Below, in pieces: positions 1 through 9,463 of a DNA stretch of 64,000 nucleotides. The translations under genes and the position numbers were made by a program. The notes under the pieces are model-generated. The model was given only the letters and a program-made list of their open reading frames with translations. It did not search any database and was not told the origin of the DNA. This DNA comes from an uncultured Candidatus Rokubacteria bacterium (GTDB lineage: Bacteria > Methylomirabilota > Methylomirabilia > Rokubacteriales > CSP1-6). Position 1 is the stretch's first letter; each line of letters begins with the position of its first letter. Location: positions 1-64,000 of the forward strand of contig CAWBMV010000030.1 of assembly GCA_963789955.1 (NCBI GenBank). The letters run 5' to 3'.

Positions 1-25
1 GGTTACGCGCGGGGCCCCGCCACCT

Positions 26-967
26 TCATTCGCCTTTGCTCCGTTTCTCGTACGAGATGGCGTAGGCGGCCGACCGGGCCAGCAGGATTGGATCGGCCGA
101 GAGGTCGATGCCGTCCGTTCTATTCGTCGGGTCGAAGATCAGGCGCCGCTCCTCGGCCGCGCTCGTCGGGGAGATGCTGGTCACTTCCAGGCGTCCCAGC
201 TCAACCACGGGCCGACTCTCAGGCCACAAAGCCGTGACGTCGTCCGTCGGATCGCCTGCCTCTGCCACTTGCAGCAATAGCCGGAACGCCACCGGGCCCG
301 TCCGCAGCCGGCCTTCCAATTCCTCGCGCAAGAAGCTGGGGCTTCGCTTACCGGCGTCGTCGGGGGAAAGAAAGGCCTCGCCTGCCTGCGGCACGAATCG
401 ATAGCGGCCGAATCGGCTCGTACGATCGGCGGCGGTGAAGCGGAAGGCGTGCTCGGCATGGTAGGCCGTCTGCGCATAGCTCGCCGGCACTGCCCTCTTC
501 ATCAGGCGCTCCACGAAGGCGCGCCCGGCGGGATGGCCGGCGAGAAAGCGCGGAACCGCGTCCGGGTCGGGGCGGCCCGTGGCCGGCTCCGGCAGCTGAG
601 CGCGCAGGAACTCGAGCAGCTCCTCGGGTGTCCGTGCGACGAATCCCTCGACGGAGTTGGCAAGGATATCGGCGCTCTTGCCGTCGGGGAGCTGAAACTT
701 GACCGCCATCGAGCGGCCGTTCGGGACACCATCGTGCACCTCGGGGTTCCCGTTGGAATTGGCGAACCGCACAATGGTTGGCACCGATTGACCTGCGAAA
801 TGGGGCGCTCGAGTCACGCGGGGAGCGTCTGCTGAAGCGCGAAACGTTCCCGTGCAGACGAGGCCCTTGGCGTGAACGGGACGGAAGCCAGGATGGGGGC
901 CGGCGAGCGCCCGCATGGCTTCGACGATCTGTCGGATGACCGATTCGGGGGTTGCCGATGCCGACAT
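26..967 (-). CDS. Catalase-related heme peroxidase (SrpA-like, small catalase family)
   Basis: RPVHAKG distal-His motif, VRFAN, RLIFDP and ILLARSAAYAISY proximal-Tyr motif; AGGAG RBS before ATG at 967. Confidence 0.88.
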   Translation of the reverse strand: MSASATPESVIRQIVEAMRALAGPHPGFRPVHAKGLVCTGTFRASADAPRVTRAPHFAGQSVPTIVRFANSNGNPEVHDGVPNGRSMAVKFQLPDGKSADILANSVEGFVARTPEELLEFLRAQLPEPATGRPDPDAVPRFLAGHPAGRAFVERLMKRAVPASYAQTAYHAEHAFRFTAADRTSRFGRYRFVPQAGEAFLSPDDAGKRSPSFLREELEGRLRTGPVAFRLLLQVAEAGDPTDDVTALWPESRPVVELGRLEVTSISPTSAAEERRLIFDPTNRTDGIDLSADPILLARSAAYAISYEKRSKGE

Positions 968-989
968 GTGCACGTCTCCTTCGCGAGGT

Positions 990-1958
990 TTACTCGATTA
1001 CCCGGTCCGCCCGCTGGACAAGCGTCTGAGGAATCGTCAGACCAAAAGATTTCGCGGTCGTGGAATTGATGATCAACTCGAGCTTCGTGGGCTGCTCGAC
1101 GGGAAGGTCGGCGGGCTTCGCGCCCTTGAGGATCTTGTCGACGTAGGTAGCGGCCAGCCGAACGATCGGATCAAGGTCCGGCCCATAACTGAATAGCGCT
1201 CCGCCCTGAGCCCACGGTCCCCAGCCCCCGACGAGCGGCAGCTTGTGGCTTCGTGCGAGCTCCAAGATGCGAACGCGGTTGAGCGTCGTCTGGCGAGACG
1301 ACACGACGACGATGGCCTCGGCGCGGCCCTTGATTGCTGCCTGGAACGCGCCTTCGACGTCGGCCGCACCCCGAATCTCCAGCGACTGGACCTGGATGCC
1401 GAGCGTCCGCGCGGCCTCCTGAGTTTCCCGCAGCTCGTCATCCGCGTGATCAGGATTCAAGAGAACGCCGACTCGAACGATCGCGGGGGCCGCCTCTTTC
1501 AGGAACTGGATCCGCTTTCCGGCGAGATCCGCCGAGAGGAAGGTGACCCCGGTCACGTTTCCGCCTGGCCGGGCGAGGCTGGTGACGAGCCCTCCCTTGA
1601 CGGGATCGGCGCTGTTCACCATCACGATAGGTATCGACTGCGTCGCCCGCTTGGCGAACGGCGCGACGTCTCCGCCGAGAGCAAGGATGACGTCGGGCTT
1701 GTGGTGCACCAGCTCCACGGCGAGATCGCCAAGGCGCCTCGGATCTCCCCCAGCGTCGCGAAACTCGATGACAAGATTCCGGCCTTCGATGTAGCCCAGC
1801 TCCTGCAGCCCCTTACGGAAGGCGGCAAGGTTCGGGTCGCCGGTGCTCAGGAGCAGAACACCCAGCCGGGCGACCTTTCCAGCTGGCTGCGCCTCGGCGG
1901 CCAACGGCGCAACAAGGAAGCTGATAGCGAGAGCAAGAACGAGCCTGATCCGCCGCAT
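990..1958 (-). CDS. ABC transporter substrate-binding protein (ABC_sub_bind type), stand-alone
   Basis: Signal peptide ..AAEAQ; GYIEGRNL, SLARPGGNVTG, KILKGAKPADLPVEQPTKLELIIN motifs; GAGGTG RBS. Confidence 0.9.
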   Translation of the reverse strand: MRRIRLVLALAISFLVAPLAAEAQPAGKVARLGVLLLSTGDPNLAAFRKGLQELGYIEGRNLVIEFRDAGGDPRRLGDLAVELVHHKPDVILALGGDVAPFAKRATQSIPIVMVNSADPVKGGLVTSLARPGGNVTGVTFLSADLAGKRIQFLKEAAPAIVRVGVLLNPDHADDELRETQEAARTLGIQVQSLEIRGAADVEGAFQAAIKGRAEAIVVVSSRQTTLNRVRILELARSHKLPLVGGWGPWAQGGALFSYGPDLDPIVRLAATYVDKILKGAKPADLPVEQPTKLELIINSTTAKSFGLTIPQTLVQRADRVIE

Positions 1959-1989
1959 GGGCACCTCTGTGGGAGTGGCTGGCGGGAGT

Positions 1990-2820
1990 CTAGCAGAGCT
2001 GCAACGGTGTGAACGGCGTGCTACGGGGCTGGCTCGAGCCGTTTCGCCCGATGCGCTTGAGAGCAAGGGCCAGGAGCTGGGCACGGCTCCTGACGCCGAA
2101 GTAGCGATAGAGCGCGGTCACGTACTGATGGACGGTAGCCTGACTCAGGCCGACGCGAGCCGCGAGCTGCTTCTCGCTGTCGCCATCCAGCAGACACGCC
2201 AGCGTCTGACGAAGGCGTGGCGAGAGTTTGTCGGAGCTCGGTTCGATCTTGCTCACGAGCGCTTGGCCGATGAGTGGGCCGAGCTCCGCGTGGAAGAAGC
2301 TCATCAACCTCTGCTGCCGCGCCGAGAACTCCCGCTTGCTCGCTTCGCGGTGCACGGAGATCACGCTGACCGCGCCGTCGCCCGAGACCTGATAGACCGA
2401 CGTGAGCTGCTCATCGATCCCGATGGGCCGGCGGTACTCCCAGGCAGCCGATCGGTACCACGCGGCGTCGGAGACGAGTTGCCGTCGAGCGCGGGTGACG
2501 ACCTGTCTGGGAACGCGCCCCAACGCCTGAAAGATGGGATCCCCACTCGGCCCCAGCTCGCGGTGGTAGGCCGTGAAGAGCTCATAGCCACGGGAATCCA
2601 AGCCGGCGGCGAACGCCGAGAAAACTTCGACCGCGCCGTGCGGCCGGATCCATCGCCCTTCGCCGCCCGACGCCACCGGAACTCCGATGAGCTGGCACGC
2701 CCCCTCGAGCATCCGACGCTGCCACAGTGCTGGGTCGCCTCCGAGATCCCGACACTCCCCGATCAACCGGTAGGCGTCGCGCACGTCCTGGAACCGCAAC
2801 AGGTCCGACTTCGTCGTCAT
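1990..2820 (-). CDS. LuxR-family HTH transcriptional regulator with N-terminal sensor region
   Basis: C-terminal LSPRLRQTLACLLDGDSEKQLAARVGLSQATVHQYVTALYRYFGVRSR resembles the LuxR HTH. Confidence 0.85.
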   Translation of the reverse strand: MTTKSDLLRFQDVRDAYRLIGECRDLGGDPALWQRRMLEGACQLIGVPVASGGEGRWIRPHGAVEVFSAFAAGLDSRGYELFTAYHRELGPSGDPIFQALGRVPRQVVTRARRQLVSDAAWYRSAAWEYRRPIGIDEQLTSVYQVSGDGAVSVISVHREASKREFSARQQRLMSFFHAELGPLIGQALVSKIEPSSDKLSPRLRQTLACLLDGDSEKQLAARVGLSQATVHQYVTALYRYFGVRSRAQLLALALKRIGRNGSSQPRSTPFTPLQLC

Positions 2821-2965
2821 CGCGCCCCTGCTTGGAGAAATTGCCAGCGTTGCTGCCCGGAATTAGATCTGACAAGCAGCGCCGCGTGGGTAATGAGAAT
2901 CGTAGAGCCGGGGGCGCTTGGCGGTCAACGATGGGCGCAAATCTGAAGGAGGATTCAGAACGTAA

Positions 2966-3238
2966 TCACGGGCCTCCCGGCACGCCGACGCTCACCGGCG
3001 CGGGAAGGGGTTGCCCCGTGCGGTTGGCTTGCGCGAGGCATCGCAGGATCTCTTCGCGGCTTCCCGGGCTGGTGAACCTGAACGTGATCCGGCCGTCGAG
3101 ATCGACCCGCTCGAGCTGCGCGGACGAGTTGCACTGCGCCCATCGCGTATAGGCCAAGTCTTGCTGTGGCGTGTTCGCGATCGCGCACGCCCCCAGCAGG
3201 AGCGTGACTCCACACCCTGCGGCGTCGCGAAGGGTCAC
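2966..3238 (-). CDS. Small putative lipoprotein
   Basis: GAGG RBS, hydrophobic stretch ending in lipobox LLGAC, two further Cys; directly downstream of the 3244-4032 gene. Confidence 0.6.
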   Translation of the reverse strand: MTLRDAAGCGVTLLLGACAIANTPQQDLAYTRWAQCNSSAQLERVDLDGRITFRFTSPGSREEILRCLAQANRTGQPLPAPVSVGVPGGP

Positions 3239-3243
3239 GATGG

Positions 3244-4032
3244 CTACCTCTTGCCGGGAGTAGCAATGAGTGCGTTAGGCACCGCCGAGCCACCCCGCAG
3301 CGACAATGTCAGAGTGGGTAGCCGCACCACGAGCTGTCTCGACGGGCCGCCGTCGAAGTTCAGCGCATCCGAGCATCCGAGCCCGCTCTTCGCGGACGGC
3401 TCGGCGAGAAAGCGCGCGAAGGCCGTGGTCTCCGCTTGAGTCGCCACGACGATGACGACTCGACCGGCGGCGGCGCAGACCGCTGTCCGTTCCGCCAGCT
3501 GCGGTTTGAGTCCCGGGACCCGTCCGCCAATGACGAGACGGGGAATGCCCTGGACGATGAGCTCGTTCGTGAGGCGATCCGGGATGCTGGCACCGAGTAC
3601 GATCCGCGCGTCCGTACCGCTGACCACGAGCGCACCCCAGCTCTTCAGCTTGCCCACGGCCAATACGCGGCCCTCGCTGACCGCGAGGCCCATCGCGCGG
3701 CCTTCTTTGTCGAAGAAGCTGGCATTGACGGCAACGACAGCCGGAAAGGACGCCGCCATCTGCTCCACGGTTTGCCTCGACGACGGGCCCCCGGCTGGGA
3801 CGAGGCGAAGGTCTGCTTCACCAAGATCGATCCGGAAAACGTGGCCTGAGAAGGGCTCACTGTCCGGCGGGTGCACCTCGAAGCTCGCGTGGCTGATGCC
3901 CGGTGCGACTGTCACAAACCGGGGCGCCTCGTCTCCTGCCCAGATCGGCACCGCGCCCCAGATCGTCAGGTGCACCAGCGCGGCGCAAGAGCTGAGAACG
4001 AAGCGATGCGTCGCGAGCCCGATCCAGCGCAT
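3244..4032 (-). CDS. Phosphodiester glycosidase (NAGPA-domain) family exported protein
   Basis: AVNASFF, AERTAV and DALNFDGGPS motifs; N-terminal signal-like segment. Confidence 0.82.
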   Translation of the reverse strand: MRWIGLATHRFVLSSCAALVHLTIWGAVPIWAGDEAPRFVTVAPGISHASFEVHPPDSEPFSGHVFRIDLGEADLRLVPAGGPSSRQTVEQMAASFPAVVAVNASFFDKEGRAMGLAVSEGRVLAVGKLKSWGALVVSGTDARIVLGASIPDRLTNELIVQGIPRLVIGGRVPGLKPQLAERTAVCAAAGRVVIVVATQAETTAFARFLAEPSAKSGLGCSDALNFDGGPSRQLVVRLPTLTLSLRGGSAVPNALIATPGKR

Positions 4033-4194
4033 GACACCTCGCTTGAGGGTGGCTGGTGGGAGTCTATCAGGATGATCAGTTGCTGATCGCAGAATCCGGC
4101 TGCTGGCTCAAGACTCGCCGGCGACCGGCCAGACGCCGGGCGACCGGTGGCGGCAACAACCCGATTCTTCTGACTTTCGAAAAATTCCCCGCGA

Positions 4195-4210
4195 TGGCAC
4201 GCGCCCTGCT
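4195..4210 (+). promoter_or_regulatory. Putative sigma-54 promoter upstream of the DedA/TVP38 gene
   Basis: TGGCAC-GCGCC-CTGCT with GG-N10-GC spacing; a TTGACA-N17-TAATAA sigma-70-like motif follows at 4230-4258. Confidence 0.5.
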
Positions 4211-4308
4211 GCCGCTGTTCCTGGAGCATTTGACATGGCAAAGCAGGCTCTGTAATAACGCTGGTTCGGGGCACGAGAGCGAACCGCGATGACGTCTCGA
4301 GTAGGCGG

Positions 4309-5016
4309 GTGAAGACAGCGCTGCGATGGGGCATCGGCGGCGTGATCGCCGCCACGCTCATCGGATATGGCGTCTGGCTCGTAGCGACCGATGCGCCCGC
4401 CTACCAGTTCCTCATCCGCCTCTACGTAGACAAGCGGTTTCTCAAGCAGACGCTCCGGGAGTGGGGCGTCCTGGCGCCGATCATCTTTATTGGTCTTCAG
4501 GCTCTGCAGGTCGTCATCGCTCCGATTCCAGGGCAGCTGACGGGGATTCTCGGCGGCTACCTGTTTGGCCAATGGGGCGGATTGTTCTACTCGACGATCG
4601 GGCTGTCGCTCGGGTCCCTGACGGCGTTTGCCGTGGCTCGGGGGCTTGGCGCTCGTTACATTCAGCGGTTCGTGAGTCCGGACATTTGGCGGAAGCTGGG
4701 TTTCATCGTCGAGGCGGAGGGCACCATCCTCTGCTTCGTGATCTTCTTGATTCCAGGGCTCCCGAAGGACATGGCGTGCTACCTCTTCGGCTTGAGTCCC
4801 ATGCCGTTCTGGGTTTTCGCGTTGATCTCCACACTCGGTCGAGTCCCGGACACCTGGGTCGTGTCGGCGCAGGGCGCGCACACCGCGTCCGGCGATTACG
4901 TCCAGGTGCTATTGCTGACGGCCATTGCGGTGGCGGTGGCCATGCCGCTGTACTACTACCGGAACCGGTTTATCGAGTGGTTCCGCGGCAGGGAGGACTT
5001 TCCACACCGCAATTGA
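4309..5016 (+). CDS. TVP38/TMEM64 (DedA superfamily, VTT domain) membrane protein
   Basis: LQVVIAPIPG, GGYLFG and FLIPGLPKD motifs; multiple TM segments. Confidence 0.88.
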   Translation: MKTALRWGIGGVIAATLIGYGVWLVATDAPAYQFLIRLYVDKRFLKQTLREWGVLAPIIFIGLQALQVVIAPIPGQLTGILGGYLFGQWGGLFYSTIGLSLGSLTAFAVARGLGARYIQRFVSPDIWRKLGFIVEAEGTILCFVIFLIPGLPKDMACYLFGLSPMPFWVFALISTLGRVPDTWVVSAQGAHTASGDYVQVLLLTAIAVAVAMPLYYYRNRFIEWFRGREDFPHRN

Positions 5017-5068
5017 GGGCTCTTCCGCATTTTCGTGTCGGCCGGTGTTCGTTTCTAATGAGAGCACC

Positions 5069-5458
5069 ATGGACCCCCGTCTTTTCGCTGAATGGGCGCA
5101 GGTTGACGAGCACTTGCGCGGTTTGATCAGCGCCCGCGACCGGCGCCGCCGTGCCGGCCAGCATGGACAGGGCAGGCCGGCCGCCCATCACTGGTCTCGC
5201 ACGCGTGGCAGCGGGAATCCGGCCGGGCCGCGTGGGGCGGACCTGGTGTTCATCGTCTCGCGTGAGGACTCCAAGACGTATACGTACTTGAAGCAGGCGC
5301 TCGCGTGCCAGAGCGTGGACGTGATCATAGACCGTCGGAGCGGGGATCGCCGGCAAGTCTGGCAGCCAGCGACGCCCGATCGACGCTGTGACGACCGGCG
5401 CCGGCACGACGTGAAGACGGATCTCCAGACGTACGGCTGGGCGTTGGCACCTCGGTAG
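5069..5458 (+). CDS. Hypothetical protein with repeated DRR/RxxxR motifs
   Basis: ORF from ATG 5069; C-terminal ..IVSRE..Y.YLK....VIIDRRSGDRR...DRRCDDRRR..G.A module. Confidence 0.55.
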   Translation: MDPRLFAEWAQVDEHLRGLISARDRRRRAGQHGQGRPAAHHWSRTRGSGNPAGPRGADLVFIVSREDSKTYTYLKQALACQSVDVIIDRRSGDRRQVWQPATPDRRCDDRRRHDVKTDLQTYGWALAPR

Positions 5459-5492
5459 GTATTCACACACCGACAGAATCCGGCGAAGGCGC

Positions 5493-5801
5493 TCAGCTCG
5501 TGAGTCGCCGGACGATCTCGGCGCCGCACGAGCACGATATCGACACCCGCGTGTCGCCAACGTAGGCCTTGATCTCCCCACACTCCCGGTGCTCGACAGA
5601 GAAACTCGCCTGCACCATCAGATCCTTGAGCAATCGGAGCGCGCTTCGGTCCTGCTTCGGCGAGTTGAAGCTCAAGATGCTGCCGTGGAACTCCGGCGCG
5701 AGGCTTCGACCTTCTGCCGTTTCCGCGGCGAGTCGCAGGAATGTCTCGCGCCACTCTGGGGAGTGACGAACGACGACGCGCCAGAGTCGCTCTGTTGCCA
5801 T
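5493..5801 (-). CDS. Hypothetical protein
   Basis: 102-aa ORF with protein-like composition and HxxC...CxC near the C-terminus. Confidence 0.5.
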   Translation of the reverse strand: MATERLWRVVVRHSPEWRETFLRLAAETAEGRSLAPEFHGSILSFNSPKQDRSALRLLKDLMVQASFSVEHRECGEIKAYVGDTRVSISCSCGAEIVRRLTS

Positions 5802-6027
5802 GGGCGAGTGGCTCCGGACGCACCGTAGCACAGCCCCTCCCGGTGGTGAAACCCTCGTCGGCCGACGTTGCCGCCGTGTGTCTTGCGCCGCCTCTGGCTT
5901 GTCTGGCGTCGGCTCAAGAATGGTCAGCCGCCTAGAGATTTACCAGCCGGAAGCTTGAGACGCGCCCGGAAGGCGTTGAAATGCCTGGAGATTCAATTCC
6001 GGTATAACTTTTGCGGACGTGTGAGGC

Positions 6028-7485
6028 ATGGACGGGCGCCAGAGCCTCGGCATGCGTCTCAGCTCGAAGATGTTCCTCTCTTCTGCGCTGGTGATCGTGG
6101 TGCTCACGAGTGTCAGCGCGTTGAGTCTCGGTGCCGTAGGTCGCCTCGTGTCCGTCAACCGGGAGACGACGACCCGTACGATCCCGGCGATGAGCCTGAC
6201 GGCGTCAGCGCGCGACGCGATTCCGCGGCTGGTCGCGCTCGAGACGCGGGCCGTGGTGCTGGGCGACAAGCGCTACGCCGCGGCCTGGAGCGAGATGGCG
6301 AGGCGGGTGACCGAGGATCTCGATCGCCTCGCCCAGCTGCCGCTGAATGAGCAGGAGACCCGGCATCGTCTCGTGGCAAGCGCCGCCTTCCAGGAGTACT
6401 GGAGTATCGTCGGCGCGGAGCAGGCCCTGCTTCAGCGCGGCGACCGCGGGGGCGCGCTTCGGATCATCGATACCATGTCGGGAGCGCGAGCCGACGAGGT
6501 CCGAGAGAGCCTGGGCGGTCTGATGGCCGCGACGCGGACTCGGATCCTGGCGGCACAGGCTGAAGCAACGCTCCTCGAGACCCGCACCTGGTCCACCGTC
6601 ATGCTCTCGTTGGGTGGAGCGGTCGGGCTGGCGCTGCTCGGGACAGCGTTCATCACGCGGCGGATGACGCGCTCGCTCCGTTTGCTCTCCGCAGCCACCG
6701 GAGAGGTCGCCGCCGGAGCCTTCCGGGAGCCCATCGCGATCGAGAGCCGCGACGAGATCGGTGCCCTCGCGTCGTCGTTCAATCGAATGGCGAGCCAGCT
6801 CCGTCAGACGGAAGAAACGAAGCAGCAGTTCTTCGCGATCGTCTCCCACGAGCTTCGCTCGCCGCTGACGTCGATCCGCGGAGCCGTCGACCTTCTCCAT
6901 CAGCGCGCGCCCGAGTCGCTTTCCGAGAATCAGCAGCGTCTCACCGAGATCATCGCGCGAAGCTCCGATCGGCTGCTTCGGCTTGCCAATCAGATCCTCG
7001 AGATGTCGCGGCTTCGCGCCGGCTTCGCGGAGCTCGATCGCAAGCCGGTCGACCTCGCGGCGCTCATCGATCGCGTCGTCGAAGATCTTCATCCCCAGGC
7101 CGAGGAGACCGGCGTCGCGCTGGAGCGCGAGCGCTACGGGGCCCACTTCGCGTATCTCGGCGACGAAGAACGGCTGTATCAGCTCGTCGTCAACCTCGCG
7201 GCCAACGCGATTCGCTTTACGCCACGCGGTGGGCGCGTCACCGTGCGCGTCATCGACGCGACCACCGAGTTCGAGCTCCAGGTCGAGGACACCGGCGTGG
7301 GCATCCCCGCCGACGCGCTCTCGACCATCTTCGACCCCTATCGACAGGCTCACCGAGATCGCGGCGGCACCGGCCTGGGCCTGGCGATCGTGAAGGGGGT
7401 GGCGACCGCCCACGGAGGGGAAGTAATCGCCGAGTCACGCGAAGGGAAGGGAAGTCGCTTTACGGTCCTGCTGCCCCGTTCGTGA
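6028..7485 (+). CDS. HAMP-domain sensor histidine kinase (2 TM, helical periplasmic sensor)
   Basis: DEIGALASSFNRMA HAMP, SHELRSPLT H-box, NLAANAIRFT N-box, DTGVGI G1, GTGLGL G2. Confidence 0.93.
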   Translation: MDGRQSLGMRLSSKMFLSSALVIVVLTSVSALSLGAVGRLVSVNRETTTRTIPAMSLTASARDAIPRLVALETRAVVLGDKRYAAAWSEMARRVTEDLDRLAQLPLNEQETRHRLVASAAFQEYWSIVGAEQALLQRGDRGGALRIIDTMSGARADEVRESLGGLMAATRTRILAAQAEATLLETRTWSTVMLSLGGAVGLALLGTAFITRRMTRSLRLLSAATGEVAAGAFREPIAIESRDEIGALASSFNRMASQLRQTEETKQQFFAIVSHELRSPLTSIRGAVDLLHQRAPESLSENQQRLTEIIARSSDRLLRLANQILEMSRLRAGFAELDRKPVDLAALIDRVVEDLHPQAEETGVALERERYGAHFAYLGDEERLYQLVVNLAANAIRFTPRGGRVTVRVIDATTEFELQVEDTGVGIPADALSTIFDPYRQAHRDRGGTGLGLAIVKGVATAHGGEVIAESREGKGSRFTVLLPRS

Positions 7486-7492
7486 GAGCGGT

Positions 7493-7798
7493 TCAATCCT
7501 CGGAGGCGGCCGCGGCAAGCCAGAATGCGCCGGCCAGCAGCACGGACGCGCACGCCACGGTGTAGGCCAGGCGCGTACCGTGCCATAGGCCATCGAACCA
7601 GGCCCGAAGCTCGGCCGCGAGCACGTTCGCTTTTCCGCCGTAGAGCTCCATTGCCCGCAAATATTGCTTCGACTGCGCGGGGTCGTATCCGAGCGCGTCG
7701 GCGGTCGAAGGCACGGCGGCCAGATAGATCCAGACCGCGCTGATGAGGCCGACCACGAGGACGGCTGCGGCGGCGAATCGAAGCTGCCGCCCGCTCAT
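7493..7798 (-). CDS. Small two-TM membrane protein, hypothetical
   Basis: Two hydrophobic helices flanking SKQYLRAMELYGGKANVLA. Confidence 0.7.
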   Translation of the reverse strand: MSGRQLRFAAAAVLVVGLISAVWIYLAAVPSTADALGYDPAQSKQYLRAMELYGGKANVLAAELRAWFDGLWHGTRLAYTVACASVLLAGAFWLAAAASED

Positions 7799-8079
7799 GA
7801 AACGACACCCCACCACGTGGTGAACACCAAGGTGAGTCCAAGGTACACAAGGGTCACGCCCAGGTAGAAAGGATAGCGGGACCAGGTCTAAACTATGGCG
7901 GGATTCACCCTAGGTCGTATCAGGGATTCACCCGATGGAGCGGGACGGCGAGCGTCATAAAGTCGACGATGTTGCGAGTCGACGGCCCGTCATCCCATCG
8001 CACTGAACGAGATACATTGGCGACGAAAGGACTCAAGCATGAAAACGCGAGGGCCCGGTATGGCGGCGGGGCGACACCA

Positions 8080-9453
8080 GTGATCTTGACCACCCTCACC
8101 GCTCGGCTCATCGGGGCGTGCACGCTCGTCGGGATCATCCTGAGTTTGATCGCACCTCACGCATGGGCCCAGCAAACTCGGCCAGGCGCGATGAGGCAGC
8201 AAACGACGGGGGCCGAAGAGGAAGAGCCCACGTCGCGGCAGCCGGTGCTGGTGCGGATCCCGGCGCTGGGTCCGACGCTTGCTCCGAGCTATCCCGGCTT
8301 GTCGAACTATCCGCTCGAGCTGCTCGGCCTCCTGATGTCGCCGCTGGAGCGCCGCGACGTCAACCTGCTCCCGACGATCTCGATATCCGAGGAGTTCAAC
8401 GACAACATCTTCCTGAACAACGCGAACAAGCGGTACGACTTCATCACCACCTTCACCCCCGGCATCATGGCGTTGGTGAATCGCCCGCGATTTCAGCTGG
8501 CCGCCGGCTTTTCGAATGACGCCAACCTGTATGCCCGCGGGAGCAGCCCCAACGACGGCCTCGCTCGTCAGAACTTCGTCCTTGGGTCGATCTGGGAGCC
8601 GACGCCGGTGCTGACGTTTGCCGTCGCCGATACGTTCTTGCGTGACCAGAGCCCGGACGCGACGGCGGGAGGCTTTGCCCTCGGTGGGCAGGCGGGGGTG
8701 AGCAACGTCCTGAATCCGACCATGGGGTGGCAGGTGGGCTCGCAAACTCGGCTGGATCTCGGGTTGATCTATAGCATTTTGCGTTTCGATGGGCAGGGCG
8801 CGGGGATCGAGTCCGACACGTATGGATTCACGAGCAACCTCAGCCACGGGTTCACGCCGCGCTTCAACGGCATGGTCGGGTACAACTTTACGTACATAGA
8901 CTTACGGTCGGGACACGGCGACAACGCGACGGTGCACAACCCCACGCTCGGCTTTTCCTACCGCGTGACCCCCACGCTCAGCATCGGGTTCGACGGTGGC
9001 CCGGCGTTCACCCACCTCGGGAACGAGGATTTCATCACGCCGGCCTTCAACGCCGGGTTCTCGCAACGATTGCCAGTCGGCAACGTGAGTGCCTACTACG
9101 CGCGGAGTATCGGCGTCGCCGGCGGCTTTGGTGGCCCGACCGACAACCAGACGGCCTCGGCAACGCTTCTATTGCCGCTGTTGCGAGATCTGATCGTTAT
9201 CTTCAATCCGGCCTGGACGAAGGCGGAGTCGCTGAGCGACCAGCAGATCCAGCGCGTCGACGTCCAAATATTCACCCTGACCCTTGGCGCGGCCTATCGC
9301 GTCAACCCCTACATCATGCTGTTCGGCGGCTACTCGTTCCTCATCCAGCGAGTCGGTCAATTCTCGACGACGCAGGACTTCGATGCCGACCAGAATCGGG
9401 TCAAGTTCGGCGTTCAGTTCGGCTATCCCTTCGCATTCGATCTGGGCGGCTAG
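8080..9453 (+). CDS. Outer-membrane beta-barrel protein (polysaccharide-export-associated / BBP2-like)
   Basis: Signal peptide ..AWAQ; PTISISEEFNDNIFL start and alternating beta-strand pattern with aromatic girdles; start codon uncertain. Confidence 0.72.
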   Translation: MILTTLTARLIGACTLVGIILSLIAPHAWAQQTRPGAMRQQTTGAEEEEPTSRQPVLVRIPALGPTLAPSYPGLSNYPLELLGLLMSPLERRDVNLLPTISISEEFNDNIFLNNANKRYDFITTFTPGIMALVNRPRFQLAAGFSNDANLYARGSSPNDGLARQNFVLGSIWEPTPVLTFAVADTFLRDQSPDATAGGFALGGQAGVSNVLNPTMGWQVGSQTRLDLGLIYSILRFDGQGAGIESDTYGFTSNLSHGFTPRFNGMVGYNFTYIDLRSGHGDNATVHNPTLGFSYRVTPTLSIGFDGGPAFTHLGNEDFITPAFNAGFSQRLPVGNVSAYYARSIGVAGGFGGPTDNQTASATLLLPLLRDLIVIFNPAWTKAESLSDQQIQRVDVQIFTLTLGAAYRVNPYIMLFGGYSFLIQRVGQFSTTQDFDADQNRVKFGVQFGYPFAFDLGG

Positions 9454-9463
9454 CCGCGCACGC

